Part shown: piece by piece, positions 18,115 through 27,130 of the stretch
How positions within the stretch are numbered: the stretch's first letter is position 1
Layout: the number at the start of each line of letters is the position of its first letter
Assembly (NCBI GenBank): GCA_934454405.1
Contig: CAKSFN010000007.1
Span: forward strand, 64,321 to 128,320
Direction: 5' to 3'
Source: an uncultured Eubacteriales bacterium
GTDB taxonomy: Bacteria > Bacillota > Clostridia > Oscillospirales > UBA644
DNA length: 64,000 nucleotides
Position numbers and translations under genes: made by a program
Notes under the pieces: model-generated
What the model saw: only the letters and a program-made list of their open reading frames with translations
What the model was told of the DNA's origin: nothing
The model's database searches: none

Positions 18115-20070
18115 TTGGCTGTATCAAAAATGCAGTTGGTGAATATTGTCGGACCTTTGAGCGCGTATTCGGAAACGGCGCAGGCGGTTATCAAGACCGA
18201 GAGTTTTCACCCGGAAAATATACGAAACGTTCTTCGCGGCTTTTCGCATCTTTTACCGTATGAAGATGAAAACCCGTACAGACCGCTGCTTAAAAAGGCA
18301 AAAGAGCTTGCCGCTCTTGCCGGCAGGGGAGACGAAAAATCAAACATTGACACGGGAACCGACGTTGCGGAAATGTCTGAACGGATTGACAGGCTTCATC
18401 AGTCATCCGCGGAATTGGATGAAAAGATACAGAATATCAAAAATACGATTTTCGAAGAGGAACAGGTCGCTTCGCAGCTTGACGTCCTGTCGGAAACGGA
18501 TTGTGATATTTCTGACCTGTTCAAGCTTGAGTTTATCAAATTCAGATTCGGAAAACTTGCGAAAACCGTTTACAGCAAACTATCGTTTGTTGAGGATGAA
18601 AAGCTTTTTATTTTCATTCCGACTTCGATAAATACGGACTGTGTGTGGGGTATGTACTTCGCCGCAGCCGAGAATATCGAATATGTTGACAGTATTTTCG
18701 CTTCGCTGCAATTCGAACGCAAGTTTTTGAGTTCAAAAATACACGGAAATCCGAGCGAGGCGCGCAGACTTTTGACGGAAGAGATCGAAGAATCGCAAAA
18801 TGCTCTTCAAGATGCGGAAAAACGAAAAAAAGAGCTTCTTTCGGAGGCAAAAAGTTATTCCGGCGCGGTTTTGAGAACCGTTGACCTGTTAAACGAAACG
18901 GAAGAATTGAAAAAATTCTGCGGAAAGACCGGAAAAAACTTCTATATGGCGGGCTGGGTTCCGAGCGAGAGCGTCAAAGATTTTGAAAAGGCTCTTGAAG
19001 GTATAGGAGGTTTGAAGATAACAAAAGAAAAAGCTTCCAACCAGGGCTCTTCCGCGCCGACCAAGCTGAAAAATCCGCTGATTTTCAGACCTTTTGAAAT
19101 GTTTGTCAGAATGTACGGGGTGCCCTGTTACGGTGAGTTCGACCCGACGGCAATAGTTGCCCTGACATATTCGTTGTTTTTCGGAATTATGTTCGGGGAT
19201 CTCGGGCAGGGGATATGCGTCAGCCTCATCGGTCTTTTGGCGTGGAAACTGAAAAAGCTTGAACTCGGAAAAATAATGATTCCGATAGGCGCTTTTTCCG
19301 CGTGTTTCGGCGTGGTTTACGATTCCGTTTTCGGTTATGAGGGCGTATTGAGCCGTCTTATATTCGGAGAAGAAAGAGAGCTCGTTTTCACGCCGTCAAA
19401 CCACATGATGCCGGCACTCGGAATTACCATCGCAATCGGCGTTGTTTTTATTGCGGTTGCGATGATTATGAATATAATCAACTCTTTCAGACGCAAAGAT
19501 ATCGAAAATGCTTTGTTCGGACCGAACGGTATTGCGGGACTTGTCTTCTATTGCGCATTGATAGGAGGACTTGTCGGACCTGTTCTCGGAATGTTCTCCG
19601 ATATTTCATTCAACCTGCTTTCAACACCTTACGTTGTCGGGTTGCTTGTCGTCCCCGCTGTGATAATCTTCTTCCGCAAGCCTCTTGCAGATCTTTTTTC
19701 GGGAAGAAAAGAATGGTTTCCGAAGAAGTTCGGCGAATATCTGATGAGCAATATATTCGAGCTGTTCGAAACATTCCTCAGTTATTGCACAAACTCTCTT
19801 TCTTTTGTCCGTGTCGGCGCTTTCGCGCTGTCGCACGCAAGTATGATGGGTGTTGTGTTCTCTCTTGCAGGCACGGTTCCCTCGGCAGCGTTCGGAAGCG
19901 GCAATCTTGTTGTAATAATCATCGGCAACCTGTTTGTTATGGCTCTTGAAGGACTTATCGTCGGGATTCAGGTGCTTCGTCTTGAATTTTATGAGCTGTT
20001 CAGTCGGTTTTACGGCGGTAACGGCGTTTCGTATTCGCCTCTTAAACTTCGCAGTAATATGAATAGATAA
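18115..20070 (+). CDS. ntpI: V/A-type ATPase subunit I (a-type)
   Basis: 651 aa with a soluble coiled-coil N-terminal half and a multi-TM C-terminal half. The C-terminal half carries the conserved Arg helix (SLSFVRVGAFALSH). The start is TTG. Confidence 0.85.
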   Translation: MAVSKMQLVNIVGPLSAYSETAQAVIKTESFHPENIRNVLRGFSHLLPYEDENPYRPLLKKAKELAALAGRGDEKSNIDTGTDVAEMSERIDRLHQSSAELDEKIQNIKNTIFEEEQVASQLDVLSETDCDISDLFKLEFIKFRFGKLAKTVYSKLSFVEDEKLFIFIPTSINTDCVWGMYFAAAENIEYVDSIFASLQFERKFLSSKIHGNPSEARRLLTEEIEESQNALQDAEKRKKELLSEAKSYSGAVLRTVDLLNETEELKKFCGKTGKNFYMAGWVPSESVKDFEKALEGIGGLKITKEKASNQGSSAPTKLKNPLIFRPFEMFVRMYGVPCYGEFDPTAIVALTYSLFFGIMFGDLGQGICVSLIGLLAWKLKKLELGKIMIPIGAFSACFGVVYDSVFGYEGVLSRLIFGEERELVFTPSNHMMPALGITIAIGVVFIAVAMIMNIINSFRRKDIENALFGPNGIAGLVFYCALIGGLVGPVLGMFSDISFNLLSTPYVVGLLVVPAVIIFFRKPLADLFSGRKEWFPKKFGEYLMSNIFELFETFLSYCTNSLSFVRVGAFALSHASMMGVVFSLAGTVPSAAFGSGNLVVIIIGNLFVMALEGLIVGIQVLRLEFYELFSRFYGGNGVSYSPLKLRSNMNR

Positions 20071-20086
20071 AGGATGGTATATTAAA

Positions 20087-20524
20087 ATGGAAAAAATCAT
20101 AGTTCTCGCGCTTCTTCTGATGACAATGGTTCCGCTTGTAATCGCTGCCAAGCGTTCCAAAAACGGCAAATCCGGCAAAGCGGCTCTTATAACCAATATC
20201 TGTATGTTCTTCGCTCTCGGCATCGGCATAGTTATTGCGCTGCCTCTGACAGCCTCCGCCGCAGGCGAAACCACCGAAGCCGTTGCCGCAGCAGCAGGAA
20301 ATCTTTCCGTCGGCACGGGTATGGCTTACATCGCCGCGGCTCTTTCGACGGGGCTTGCGTGTCTCGGAGCAGGCGTTGCCGTTGCTTCAGCCGCGAGTGC
20401 CGCAATAGGAGCGTCTTCCGAAAATCCGTCTATGTTCGCAAAGTCGATTATCTTTGTTGCACTTGCCGAAGGTATCGCAATTTACGGTATGCTTATCTCG
20501 TTCCAGATAGTGGGAAAGCTGTAA
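20087..20524 (+). CDS. ntpK: V/A-type ATPase proteolipid subunit K
   Basis: 145 aa. The C-terminal hairpin has a Gly/Ala-rich helix (GLACLGAGVAVA) and the carboxylate helix (ALAEGIAIYG). Confidence 0.85.
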   Translation: MEKIIVLALLLMTMVPLVIAAKRSKNGKSGKAALITNICMFFALGIGIVIALPLTASAAGETTEAVAAAAGNLSVGTGMAYIAAALSTGLACLGAGVAVASAASAAIGASSENPSMFAKSIIFVALAEGIAIYGMLISFQIVGKL

Positions 20525-20527
20525 GCC

Positions 20528-20836
20528 ATGAAACTGTTTGTTATCAGCGACAATACCGACACCAAGATGGGGCTTCGTCTTTGCGGAATAGAAGGCGTTG
20601 TTGTTAACGACGAACCGTCGTTAAGGGCTGAGGTTGAAAAGTGTCTGAATGATTCCGAAATCGGAATTTTGCTTGTGACCGAAAAACTTTTCAGACTTGC
20701 GCCGGATTATATAAACGGACTGAAAACATACCGTTCGCTTCCGCTTATTGTCGAGATTCCCGACAGACACGGCGCGGGCAGAACGAAAGACTCCGTAAAT
20801 TCGTATATAAGCGAAGCCATTGGCGTCAAACTGTAA
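20528..20836 (+). CDS. ntpF: V/A-type ATPase subunit F
   Basis: 102 aa with the typical position, size and N-terminus (MKLFVISD...GLRLCGIEG). Confidence 0.8.
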   Translation: MKLFVISDNTDTKMGLRLCGIEGVVVNDEPSLRAEVEKCLNDSEIGILLVTEKLFRLAPDYINGLKTYRSLPLIVEIPDRHGAGRTKDSVNSYISEAIGVKL

Positions 20837-20851
20837 GTCAAAGGATACTGT

Positions 20852-21424
20852 ATGGATAACAGAGAAAAACTCGAATTGCTGAGAGAAACTGTGCTCGCCG
20901 CGGCGCAGCGTTCCGCAGAGGAGACCGAAGCGGAAACAAAAAGGATTATTGAGGAGACCGTTTCCTCTGAAAAAAAGCGTCTTTCCGACGAAATTGCGGA
21001 AATTAAATCCATGAGTTATGATGAACTCAGAAACCGAGACGAAAAAGAACTTGTCACCAAAGACGCAAAATTAAGAAAAAATATTCTCGTTAAGAGAGAG
21101 GCATATATGCGGGAACTCTTCTCCGAATTGGAGAACAGACTTGCGGCATTCCGCAAGTCCGACGGTTACGGAGAGTATCTGAAAAAAGCATACGAGGCAG
21201 CCGTAAAAGAGTTCGGAATACCCGATGTCGCTTATTGCGCAAAAGGTGAAAAAGAACTCTGCAAAAACATTCTTCCCGAACTTTCGTTTGAGGAAGATTC
21301 ATCTGTAAGGCTCGGCGGCGTTATATTTGGAAAGGGAAATCTTTTGCTTGACCTTTCTTTTGACAACCGTGTTGAAAAGGAAAGAACGGATTTCATTAAC
21401 GGCGGCAAATTGCGCCTTGAATGA
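20852..21424 (+). CDS. ntpE: V/A-type ATPase subunit E
   Basis: 190 aa with a long N-terminal charged helix and a globular C-terminus. The stop overlaps the subunit A start. Confidence 0.72.
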   Translation: MDNREKLELLRETVLAAAQRSAEETEAETKRIIEETVSSEKKRLSDEIAEIKSMSYDELRNRDEKELVTKDAKLRKNILVKREAYMRELFSELENRLAAFRKSDGYGEYLKKAYEAAVKEFGIPDVAYCAKGEKELCKNILPELSFEEDSSVRLGGVIFGKGNLLLDLSFDNRVEKERTDFINGGKLRLE

Positions 21425-23217
21425 CGGAAAGTGACAATATGAACGAAAACATAACTATCTATTCGATCAACGGTCCTGTTGTCAAGGTCAAAAATGCGGA
21501 CGACCTGAAAATGCAGGAGACCGTATATGTCGGAAATAAAAAACTGATAGGTGAGGTTATTTCCAATGTGGACGGGGAAGTTACCGTCCAGGTATATGAA
21601 TCCACGACGGGTTTGAAAACCGGTGAACCTATCGAACGAACCGGAAAGCCGATGAGCGTTACGCTCGCCCCGGGTATCATCGGCAATATTTTTGACGGTA
21701 TCGAACGTCCTCTTAAAGCACTTGAAGCAGTCTCGTCGCCGTATATCGAGACCGGCTGCGACGTTGAAAAAGCAGATACAAAGCGAAAATATGAGGTTTC
21801 CGTAACCGTTTCCGAAGGTGAAAAAATCAGACGCGGACAGATTTATGCGACCTGCCGTGAAACATCAAGAATTGAATATCGAGCGCCGAGTACTTGTTCG
21901 GGAACCGTTATTTTTACGGCGAAAAACGGCGAATATACAATAACAGAAACTCTTATTAAGGTTCAGACGGAGCAGGGGACTGTCGAAGAACTCAGTCTGA
22001 CGCAGGAATGGCCGATCCGCGTTCCCCGTCCCGTAGCCGAAAGATTACCTCTTTCGAAACCTCTGATAACGGGACAAAGAAACGTTGACACGATGTTCCC
22101 GATTGCGAAAGGCGGTTCTGCGGCTATACCCGGAGGTTTCGGAACGGGCAAAACCATGCATCAGCACCAGCTTGCAAAATGGTCCGACGCTGACATAATC
22201 ATTTATATCGGCTGCGGCGAACGCGGAAACGAAATGACGCAGGTACTTGAAGAGTTTTCCGGGCTTATCGACCCGAAAACGGGAACTCCTCTCACGGACA
22301 GAACCGTTCTTATCGCAAACACGTCAAATATGCCCGTCGCCGCGCGCGAGGCGTCAATCTATACGGGTATAACCATCGCCGAGTATTATCGCGATATGGG
22401 TTACGATGTTGCAATTATGGCGGATTCGACCTCCCGATGGGCGGAAGCTCTCCGCGAGATCAGCGGCAGACTTGAAGAAATGCCCGCGGAAGAGGGATAT
22501 CCCGCGTATCTTCCGTCGCGTCTTGCCGAGTTTTACGAGCGCGGCGGTTATGTTCGAACCCTCGGCGGTGAGGAAGCGTCGATCACTCTTATCGGTGCAG
22601 TGAGCCCGCAGGGAAGTGATTTTTCGGAGCCCGTAACACAGAATACAAAGCGTTTTGTGTCCTGTTTTTGGGCGCTTGATAAGAGCCTTGCTTATTCAAG
22701 GCATTATCCCGCAATCAACTGGATGACAAGTTATTCGGAGTATATGGACTCTCTTGCGCCGTGGTACAATGAGAACGTAAATGCTAATTTTACAAAAAAC
22801 CGCGGGCGTATTCTGCGTTTGCTGAATGAAGAAGATCAGCTGATGGAGATCGTTAAGCTGATAGGAGCGGACGTTTTACCTGACGCGCAAAGACTTGTCA
22901 TCGAGACTGCTAGGGTTATCCGTGTCGGATTTCTTCAGCAAAACGCGATGCACCCCGTAGACACATATATGTCTATTGACAGACAGTTTAAGATGATGGA
23001 TATTATCCTTTATCTTTATGATGAGGCGCAAAAAATCGTTTCGCGAGCCGTTCCGATATCACAACTTGTAAAAACCGGAATTTTCGATTCCGTTATCCGT
23101 CTGAAATTCGAAATCAAAGAAAACGACGATTCGATTTTTGAAGTGAAAAGAAATCAGATAGATTCGGCGTTTACAACAGTTTCGGAAGAGAATTTCGGTT
23201 CAAATGAGGTGAAATAA
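21421..23217 (+). CDS. ntpA: V/A-type ATPase catalytic subunit A
   Basis: 598 aa with Walker A (GGFGTGKT) and the non-homologous insert typical of A subunits. Confidence 0.95.
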   Translation: MTESDNMNENITIYSINGPVVKVKNADDLKMQETVYVGNKKLIGEVISNVDGEVTVQVYESTTGLKTGEPIERTGKPMSVTLAPGIIGNIFDGIERPLKALEAVSSPYIETGCDVEKADTKRKYEVSVTVSEGEKIRRGQIYATCRETSRIEYRAPSTCSGTVIFTAKNGEYTITETLIKVQTEQGTVEELSLTQEWPIRVPRPVAERLPLSKPLITGQRNVDTMFPIAKGGSAAIPGGFGTGKTMHQHQLAKWSDADIIIYIGCGERGNEMTQVLEEFSGLIDPKTGTPLTDRTVLIANTSNMPVAAREASIYTGITIAEYYRDMGYDVAIMADSTSRWAEALREISGRLEEMPAEEGYPAYLPSRLAEFYERGGYVRTLGGEEASITLIGAVSPQGSDFSEPVTQNTKRFVSCFWALDKSLAYSRHYPAINWMTSYSEYMDSLAPWYNENVNANFTKNRGRILRLLNEEDQLMEIVKLIGADVLPDAQRLVIETARVIRVGFLQQNAMHPVDTYMSIDRQFKMMDIILYLYDEAQKIVSRAVPISQLVKTGIFDSVIRLKFEIKENDDSIFEVKRNQIDSAFTTVSEENFGSNEVK

Positions 23218-24585
23218 TTGCAATTTGATTATAAAGGGCTTTCCGGTATTAACGGACCTCTCGTAATTATTGACGGCGTGCGCGGTGTCGGATATGAAGA
23301 AGTCTGTGAAATCAAACTTAATGACGGCACAAAAAAACTCGGCAGAGTTATAGAAATAACGGGAGAGAAGGCAATTATTCAGGTTTTTGAGGGGACGATC
23401 GGTCTTTCGATGAACAACACCCGTACAAGATTCGCGGGAAAACCGATGGAACTCGGCGTTTCAAAAGAACTCATCGGACGTGTTTTTAACGGCTCCGGCG
23501 AACCCATCGACGGTCTCGGTCCTGTTTTCGCAGAGAAGTTCATTGATGTTAACGGCTTACCCATAAATCCTGTTTGCAGACGCTATCCGAGAAACTACAT
23601 CCATACCGGAATATCGAGTATTGACGCGCTGATGACACTTATCAGGGGACAGAAACTTCCCGTTTTTTCCGGTTCCGGTATGTCTCACAATAAACTTGCC
23701 GCGCAGATTGTGCGTCAGGCAAGGCTCGGCTCGGAAGGTGAATTCGGCATAGTTTTTGGTTCAATGGGCATAAAGCACGATGTTTCTCAGTATTTTTTGC
23801 AACAGTTTCGGGAAGCGGGAGTTTTGTCAAAGGTCGTTATGTTCCAAAATCTTTCAAATGACCCGATAGCCGAAAGAATAATGATCCCTCGGCTGGCTCT
23901 TACCGCCGCGGAATATCTTGCATTTGAATGCGGAATGCACATACTTGTCATTCTCACGGATATGACTTCGTACGCTGAGGCCTTGCGTGAACTCTCGTCT
24001 TCAAAGAACGAAATTCCCGGAAGAAAAGGCTATCCCGGTTATCTGTACTCCGACCTTGCGTCCATCTATGAAAGAGCCGGTATGGTGGAAGGAAAAAGCG
24101 GCTCGATAACCCAAATTCCCATACTGACAATGCCGAATGACGATATTACGCACCCGATCCCCGACTTGACGGGTTATATTACCGAGGGACAGATAGTGCT
24201 TGACAGAAGCCTTGAACAAAAAGGCGTTTACCCGTCGGTTTCCGTTTTGTCATCTCTTTCGCGTCTGATGAAAGACGGAATAGGCGAGGGGTACACAAGG
24301 GAAGACCACTCTGTCGTTTCAAATCAGTTGTTTGCGTCGTATTCCAAGGTTCAGCAGGCGAGAAGTCTTGCCTCCGTTGTCGGAGAAGAGGAACTTTCGG
24401 ATGTGGACAAACTGTATATGAGATTCGGCGAAGAGTTTGAAAAGCGTTTTTTGACGCAAGATTTTTCAGAGTCGAGAACAATAAACGAAACGCTTGACCT
24501 CGGCTGGGAGTTGCTTCGGATTCTTCCTGCGGGCGAACTTGACAGGGTAGATCCGAAATATATAGAAAAGTATTATAACAGATAA
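23218..24585 (+). CDS. ntpB: V/A-type ATPase subunit B
   Basis: 455 aa of the alpha/beta ATPase fold without a canonical P-loop. The start is TTG, directly after the ntpA stop. Confidence 0.95.
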   Translation: MQFDYKGLSGINGPLVIIDGVRGVGYEEVCEIKLNDGTKKLGRVIEITGEKAIIQVFEGTIGLSMNNTRTRFAGKPMELGVSKELIGRVFNGSGEPIDGLGPVFAEKFIDVNGLPINPVCRRYPRNYIHTGISSIDALMTLIRGQKLPVFSGSGMSHNKLAAQIVRQARLGSEGEFGIVFGSMGIKHDVSQYFLQQFREAGVLSKVVMFQNLSNDPIAERIMIPRLALTAAEYLAFECGMHILVILTDMTSYAEALRELSSSKNEIPGRKGYPGYLYSDLASIYERAGMVEGKSGSITQIPILTMPNDDITHPIPDLTGYITEGQIVLDRSLEQKGVYPSVSVLSSLSRLMKDGIGEGYTREDHSVVSNQLFASYSKVQQARSLASVVGEEELSDVDKLYMRFGEEFEKRFLTQDFSESRTINETLDLGWELLRILPAGELDRVDPKYIEKYYNR

Positions 24586-24596
24586 GGAATGAACCT

Positions 24597-25223
24597 ATGG
24601 CGGCAACGGTATTTGCTACGAAAGGAAACCTTATAAGTACACAACGCTCGCTTGCGCTTGCAAAGACGGGCTATGAACTTATGGATAAAAAACGTAATAT
24701 CCTTATTCGGGAAATGATGTTGCTTGTCGACAAGGCAAATTCAATTCAATCCGAGATAGACAGTATTTTTTCCGAAGCGTACGCATCCTTGCTGGAAGCA
24801 AATCTTTCGTCAGGGGTAATCCAAAGCATTGCGGAAGCCGTTCCCGTTGAAAAAGGTGTCAGAATAAGAGCAAAAAGCGTTATGGGCGTTGAAGTCCCTC
24901 TTGTTACGCTCGAAGAAAAAAGGGGAGAGACCGTGCCGTACGGTCTTATGGAAACGGACGCCGCTCTTGATAACGCTTATTTGAAGTTCAAGCGTGTTAA
25001 AGAGCTTTGCGTAACATTGTCGGAAATCGAAAACTCCGTTTACAGGCTTGCCGTTGCAATAAAGAAAACTCAACGCAGAGCAAATTCGTTGAAAAATATC
25101 GTGATCCCGAAGCAGGAAGAAACCGTCAAGTTTATTATGAACACGCTTGAAGAAAAAGAGCGTGAAGAGTTTTCGAGAATGAAAATTATCAAAAACAGAA
25201 AAGATCACGAGGAGAAATATTGA
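24597..25223 (+). CDS. ntpD: V/A-type ATPase central-stalk subunit D
   Basis: 208-aa coiled-coil protein and the last gene of the operon. Confidence 0.85.
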   Translation: MAATVFATKGNLISTQRSLALAKTGYELMDKKRNILIREMMLLVDKANSIQSEIDSIFSEAYASLLEANLSSGVIQSIAEAVPVEKGVRIRAKSVMGVEVPLVTLEEKRGETVPYGLMETDAALDNAYLKFKRVKELCVTLSEIENSVYRLAVAIKKTQRRANSLKNIVIPKQEETVKFIMNTLEEKEREEFSRMKIIKNRKDHEEKY

Positions 25224-25314
25224 GTTTTCTGTTTTTCCGTTCGTTTGCTTTTTCTGAAATAACCAATTTGACCTAAAACCGGAATGCGGAGATTGAAAAT
25301 CCTTAAAAAGGGGA

Positions 25315-25343
25315 TTGACAATCTCCACTTTTTATGCTATAAT
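25315..25343 (+). promoter_or_regulatory. perfect consensus sigma-A promoter inside the 590-nt spacer
   Basis: TTGACA at 25315-25320, a 17-nt spacer, then TATAAT at 25338-25343. Confidence 0.7.
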
Positions 25344-25352
25344 TTAAATATA

Positions 25353-25388
25353 CCGAATTGCGCAAAATGAATATTTTGCGCAATTCGG
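25353..25388. promoter_or_regulatory. perfect 16-bp-arm palindrome at the predicted transcript start (operator or 5' stem-loop)
   Basis: CCGAATTGCGCAAAAT, spacer GAAT, ATTTTGCGCAATTCGG. It begins about 10 nt after the -10 element. Confidence 0.6.
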
Positions 25389-25813
25389 GGCAGGAGAAAT
25401 GAAATCTGTGAAAAATCGGGATCCCCGACAGCCGTATTTGATATCAAAGGCGTTTTCGCTGCTTTTCACTATCCGGTTGGTGCTTATCGTTGATGTTCGG
25501 CTGTTTTTTGCGGTTGCTGACTTATTCTGAAATAAATTAATTTGTTTAACTGACATTGATATATTTTTGAGCTCCGTGACTCTTGGTTTTCGCATTTAAA
25601 ATTTTGCCGTCATTGCCTCAAATTTTTTCGATGATTATTCCGTTGCGTTTCGCTGTCCGTCATTTCTGTCACCGTGTGATATTCGACCGTTCGAATACAG
25701 ACAACAGCGTGAATTCGACCGAACATCTCTTCAATCGCAACAACGCTGTTTGATGTGTTTTTTGTTATCTTTTTCAGATTCATTCTTTATCTTCAGTTTT
25801 TCGGAGGTTTTTT

Positions 25814-26794
25814 ATGGTTTACGAATCCGTTCCGGGCTTCTGCCGTGAGTTTTTGTTTTATAAACGCAATGTTCAGAATCTGTCGCAAAAAACGGTTGAC
25901 CAGTATTATCTTGATATGAAACTGTTCTTTCAATGGCTTGCTGATGAGAACGACATAAAATCGCCGTCTGTTGAAATTCCGTCCGACGGTCGGTTTGTCC
26001 CCATAGAGATTGTTAAAAAATTAACATTCGGAGATTTGCTCAGCTACCTTAACTACACCACAAACGAACTTGAAAATCACGCGCGCGCCCGAGCGAGAAA
26101 GATATCTTCAATGCGCGGTTTTTTTAAGTATTTGCAGAAAAACAACATCATTGACGAAAACCCGGCGCTCAATCTTGAGGTTCCGAAAATGCCGAAAGCT
26201 CTCCCCGTTCATTTGAATCTTTTTGAGGCGAAAAAACTTTTGGAGTCAATCGATGGTAAGAATTTTTCTCGGAATTATTGTATAATTACTCTGTTTTTGA
26301 ATTGCGGTATGCGTCTTTCGGAACTTGCGGGAATAGATATCGGAGACATTGATTTTGACCGTGAATCGGTTGTTGTCAGAGGTAAAGGCAATAAAGAACG
26401 CAGGCTTCATCTGAACACAATGTGCATGGAGGCGGTTCAGAAATATCTTAAAGACCGTTATTCGGAAACGCATGTTAAGGGCGGCGCGGAAAAAGCCCTG
26501 TTTTTGAGCAGAAACGGTAATCGCCTGTCAAACAGAATGATACAGACCATGATAAAGACTTTTATTGAAAAAAGCGGGCTTGACCCTGAAAAAATTTCTA
26601 CGCATAAACTGCGTCACACCGCGGCAACGCTGATGTATCAAAACGGCGTTGACGTGCGTGTTCTGCAAGTCGTTCTCGGGCACGCTAATCTCGGAACGAC
26701 GCAGATTTATACCCATGTCGGTGACGATCAGGTTGATAAGGCAATCGAAAACAATCCTCTCGACGATCTTGAAATCCACAAAAAAAACGGTTAA
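25814..26794 (+). CDS. Xer-like tyrosine site-specific recombinase
   Basis: 326 aa with an N-terminal SAM-like domain. Catalytic residues are in RLSEL, HKLRHTAAT and LGHANLGTTQIYTH. The RBS is GGAGG. Confidence 0.9.
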   Translation: MVYESVPGFCREFLFYKRNVQNLSQKTVDQYYLDMKLFFQWLADENDIKSPSVEIPSDGRFVPIEIVKKLTFGDLLSYLNYTTNELENHARARARKISSMRGFFKYLQKNNIIDENPALNLEVPKMPKALPVHLNLFEAKKLLESIDGKNFSRNYCIITLFLNCGMRLSELAGIDIGDIDFDRESVVVRGKGNKERRLHLNTMCMEAVQKYLKDRYSETHVKGGAEKALFLSRNGNRLSNRMIQTMIKTFIEKSGLDPEKISTHKLRHTAATLMYQNGVDVRVLQVVLGHANLGTTQIYTHVGDDQVDKAIENNPLDDLEIHKKNG

Positions 26795-26817
26795 ACCGCG
26801 GTTTATCAGATAAAAAT

Positions 26818-26853
26818 ATGAAGCGTTATCGAATTTCGGCGACGCTTCATTTT
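26818..26853 (+). terminator. rho-independent terminator after the recombinase gene
   Basis: ATGAAGCGT pairs with ACGCTTCAT in a 9-bp stem, followed by TTTCCTTTTT. Confidence 0.65.
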
Positions 26854-26911
26854 CCTTTTTCGTCTCGATGTCATATCATATAATGATGTGATAAAAGAAA
26901 GGAAAACCGAG

Positions 26912-27130
26912 ATGAAAAAGTGTATTTTAATCAATTCTCCGACGCATGTTCAACGCGCGAAAAAAATATTGTTCGAGAAAAATATTAAATGTTATACGGA
27001 AAAATTTCGCCGCGGCTCGGATTTGGGCTGTTCGTGGTGCGTGGTTACGGACGAAAACTCCCTTTCCCTTGCGATAACTCTTCTCCGACAGCGGAGGATT
27101 CCGATATACGGAATAAAAAACCATGATTAA
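26912..27130 (+). CDS. small DUF3343-like putative S/Se carrier protein
   Basis: 72 aa from ATG 26912, with an AAAGGAAAA RBS. Its size and its position overlapping a cysteine desulfurase-type gene fit DUF3343. The assignment is tentative. Confidence 0.55.
   Translation: MKKCILINSPTHVQRAKKILFEKNIKCYTEKFRRGSDLGCSWCVVTDENSLSLAITLLRQRRIPIYGIKNHD

Noticed and set aside
25353-25388. TTGCGCAA, present twice in the palindrome, as a regulon-wide operator motif.
   Set aside because: The same 8-mer palindrome also occurs at 21235-21242 and 33086-33093 (both inside coding sequence) and at 50030-50037. Its frequency therefore looks compositional and does not support a regulon.
25344-25595. 83-aa minus-strand ORF in the recombinase upstream spacer.
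   Set aside because: It has no RBS, runs antisense through the promoter and palindrome, and its Ser/Thr/Asn-rich sequence is unremarkable.
25224-25813. Invertible (phase-variable) promoter switch controlled by the adjacent tyrosine recombinase.
   Set aside because: I found no inverted repeats flanking the promoter. The only flanking repeats (25252-25262 and 25525-25535) are direct. The hypothesis is kept only as something to test with population data, not as a call.
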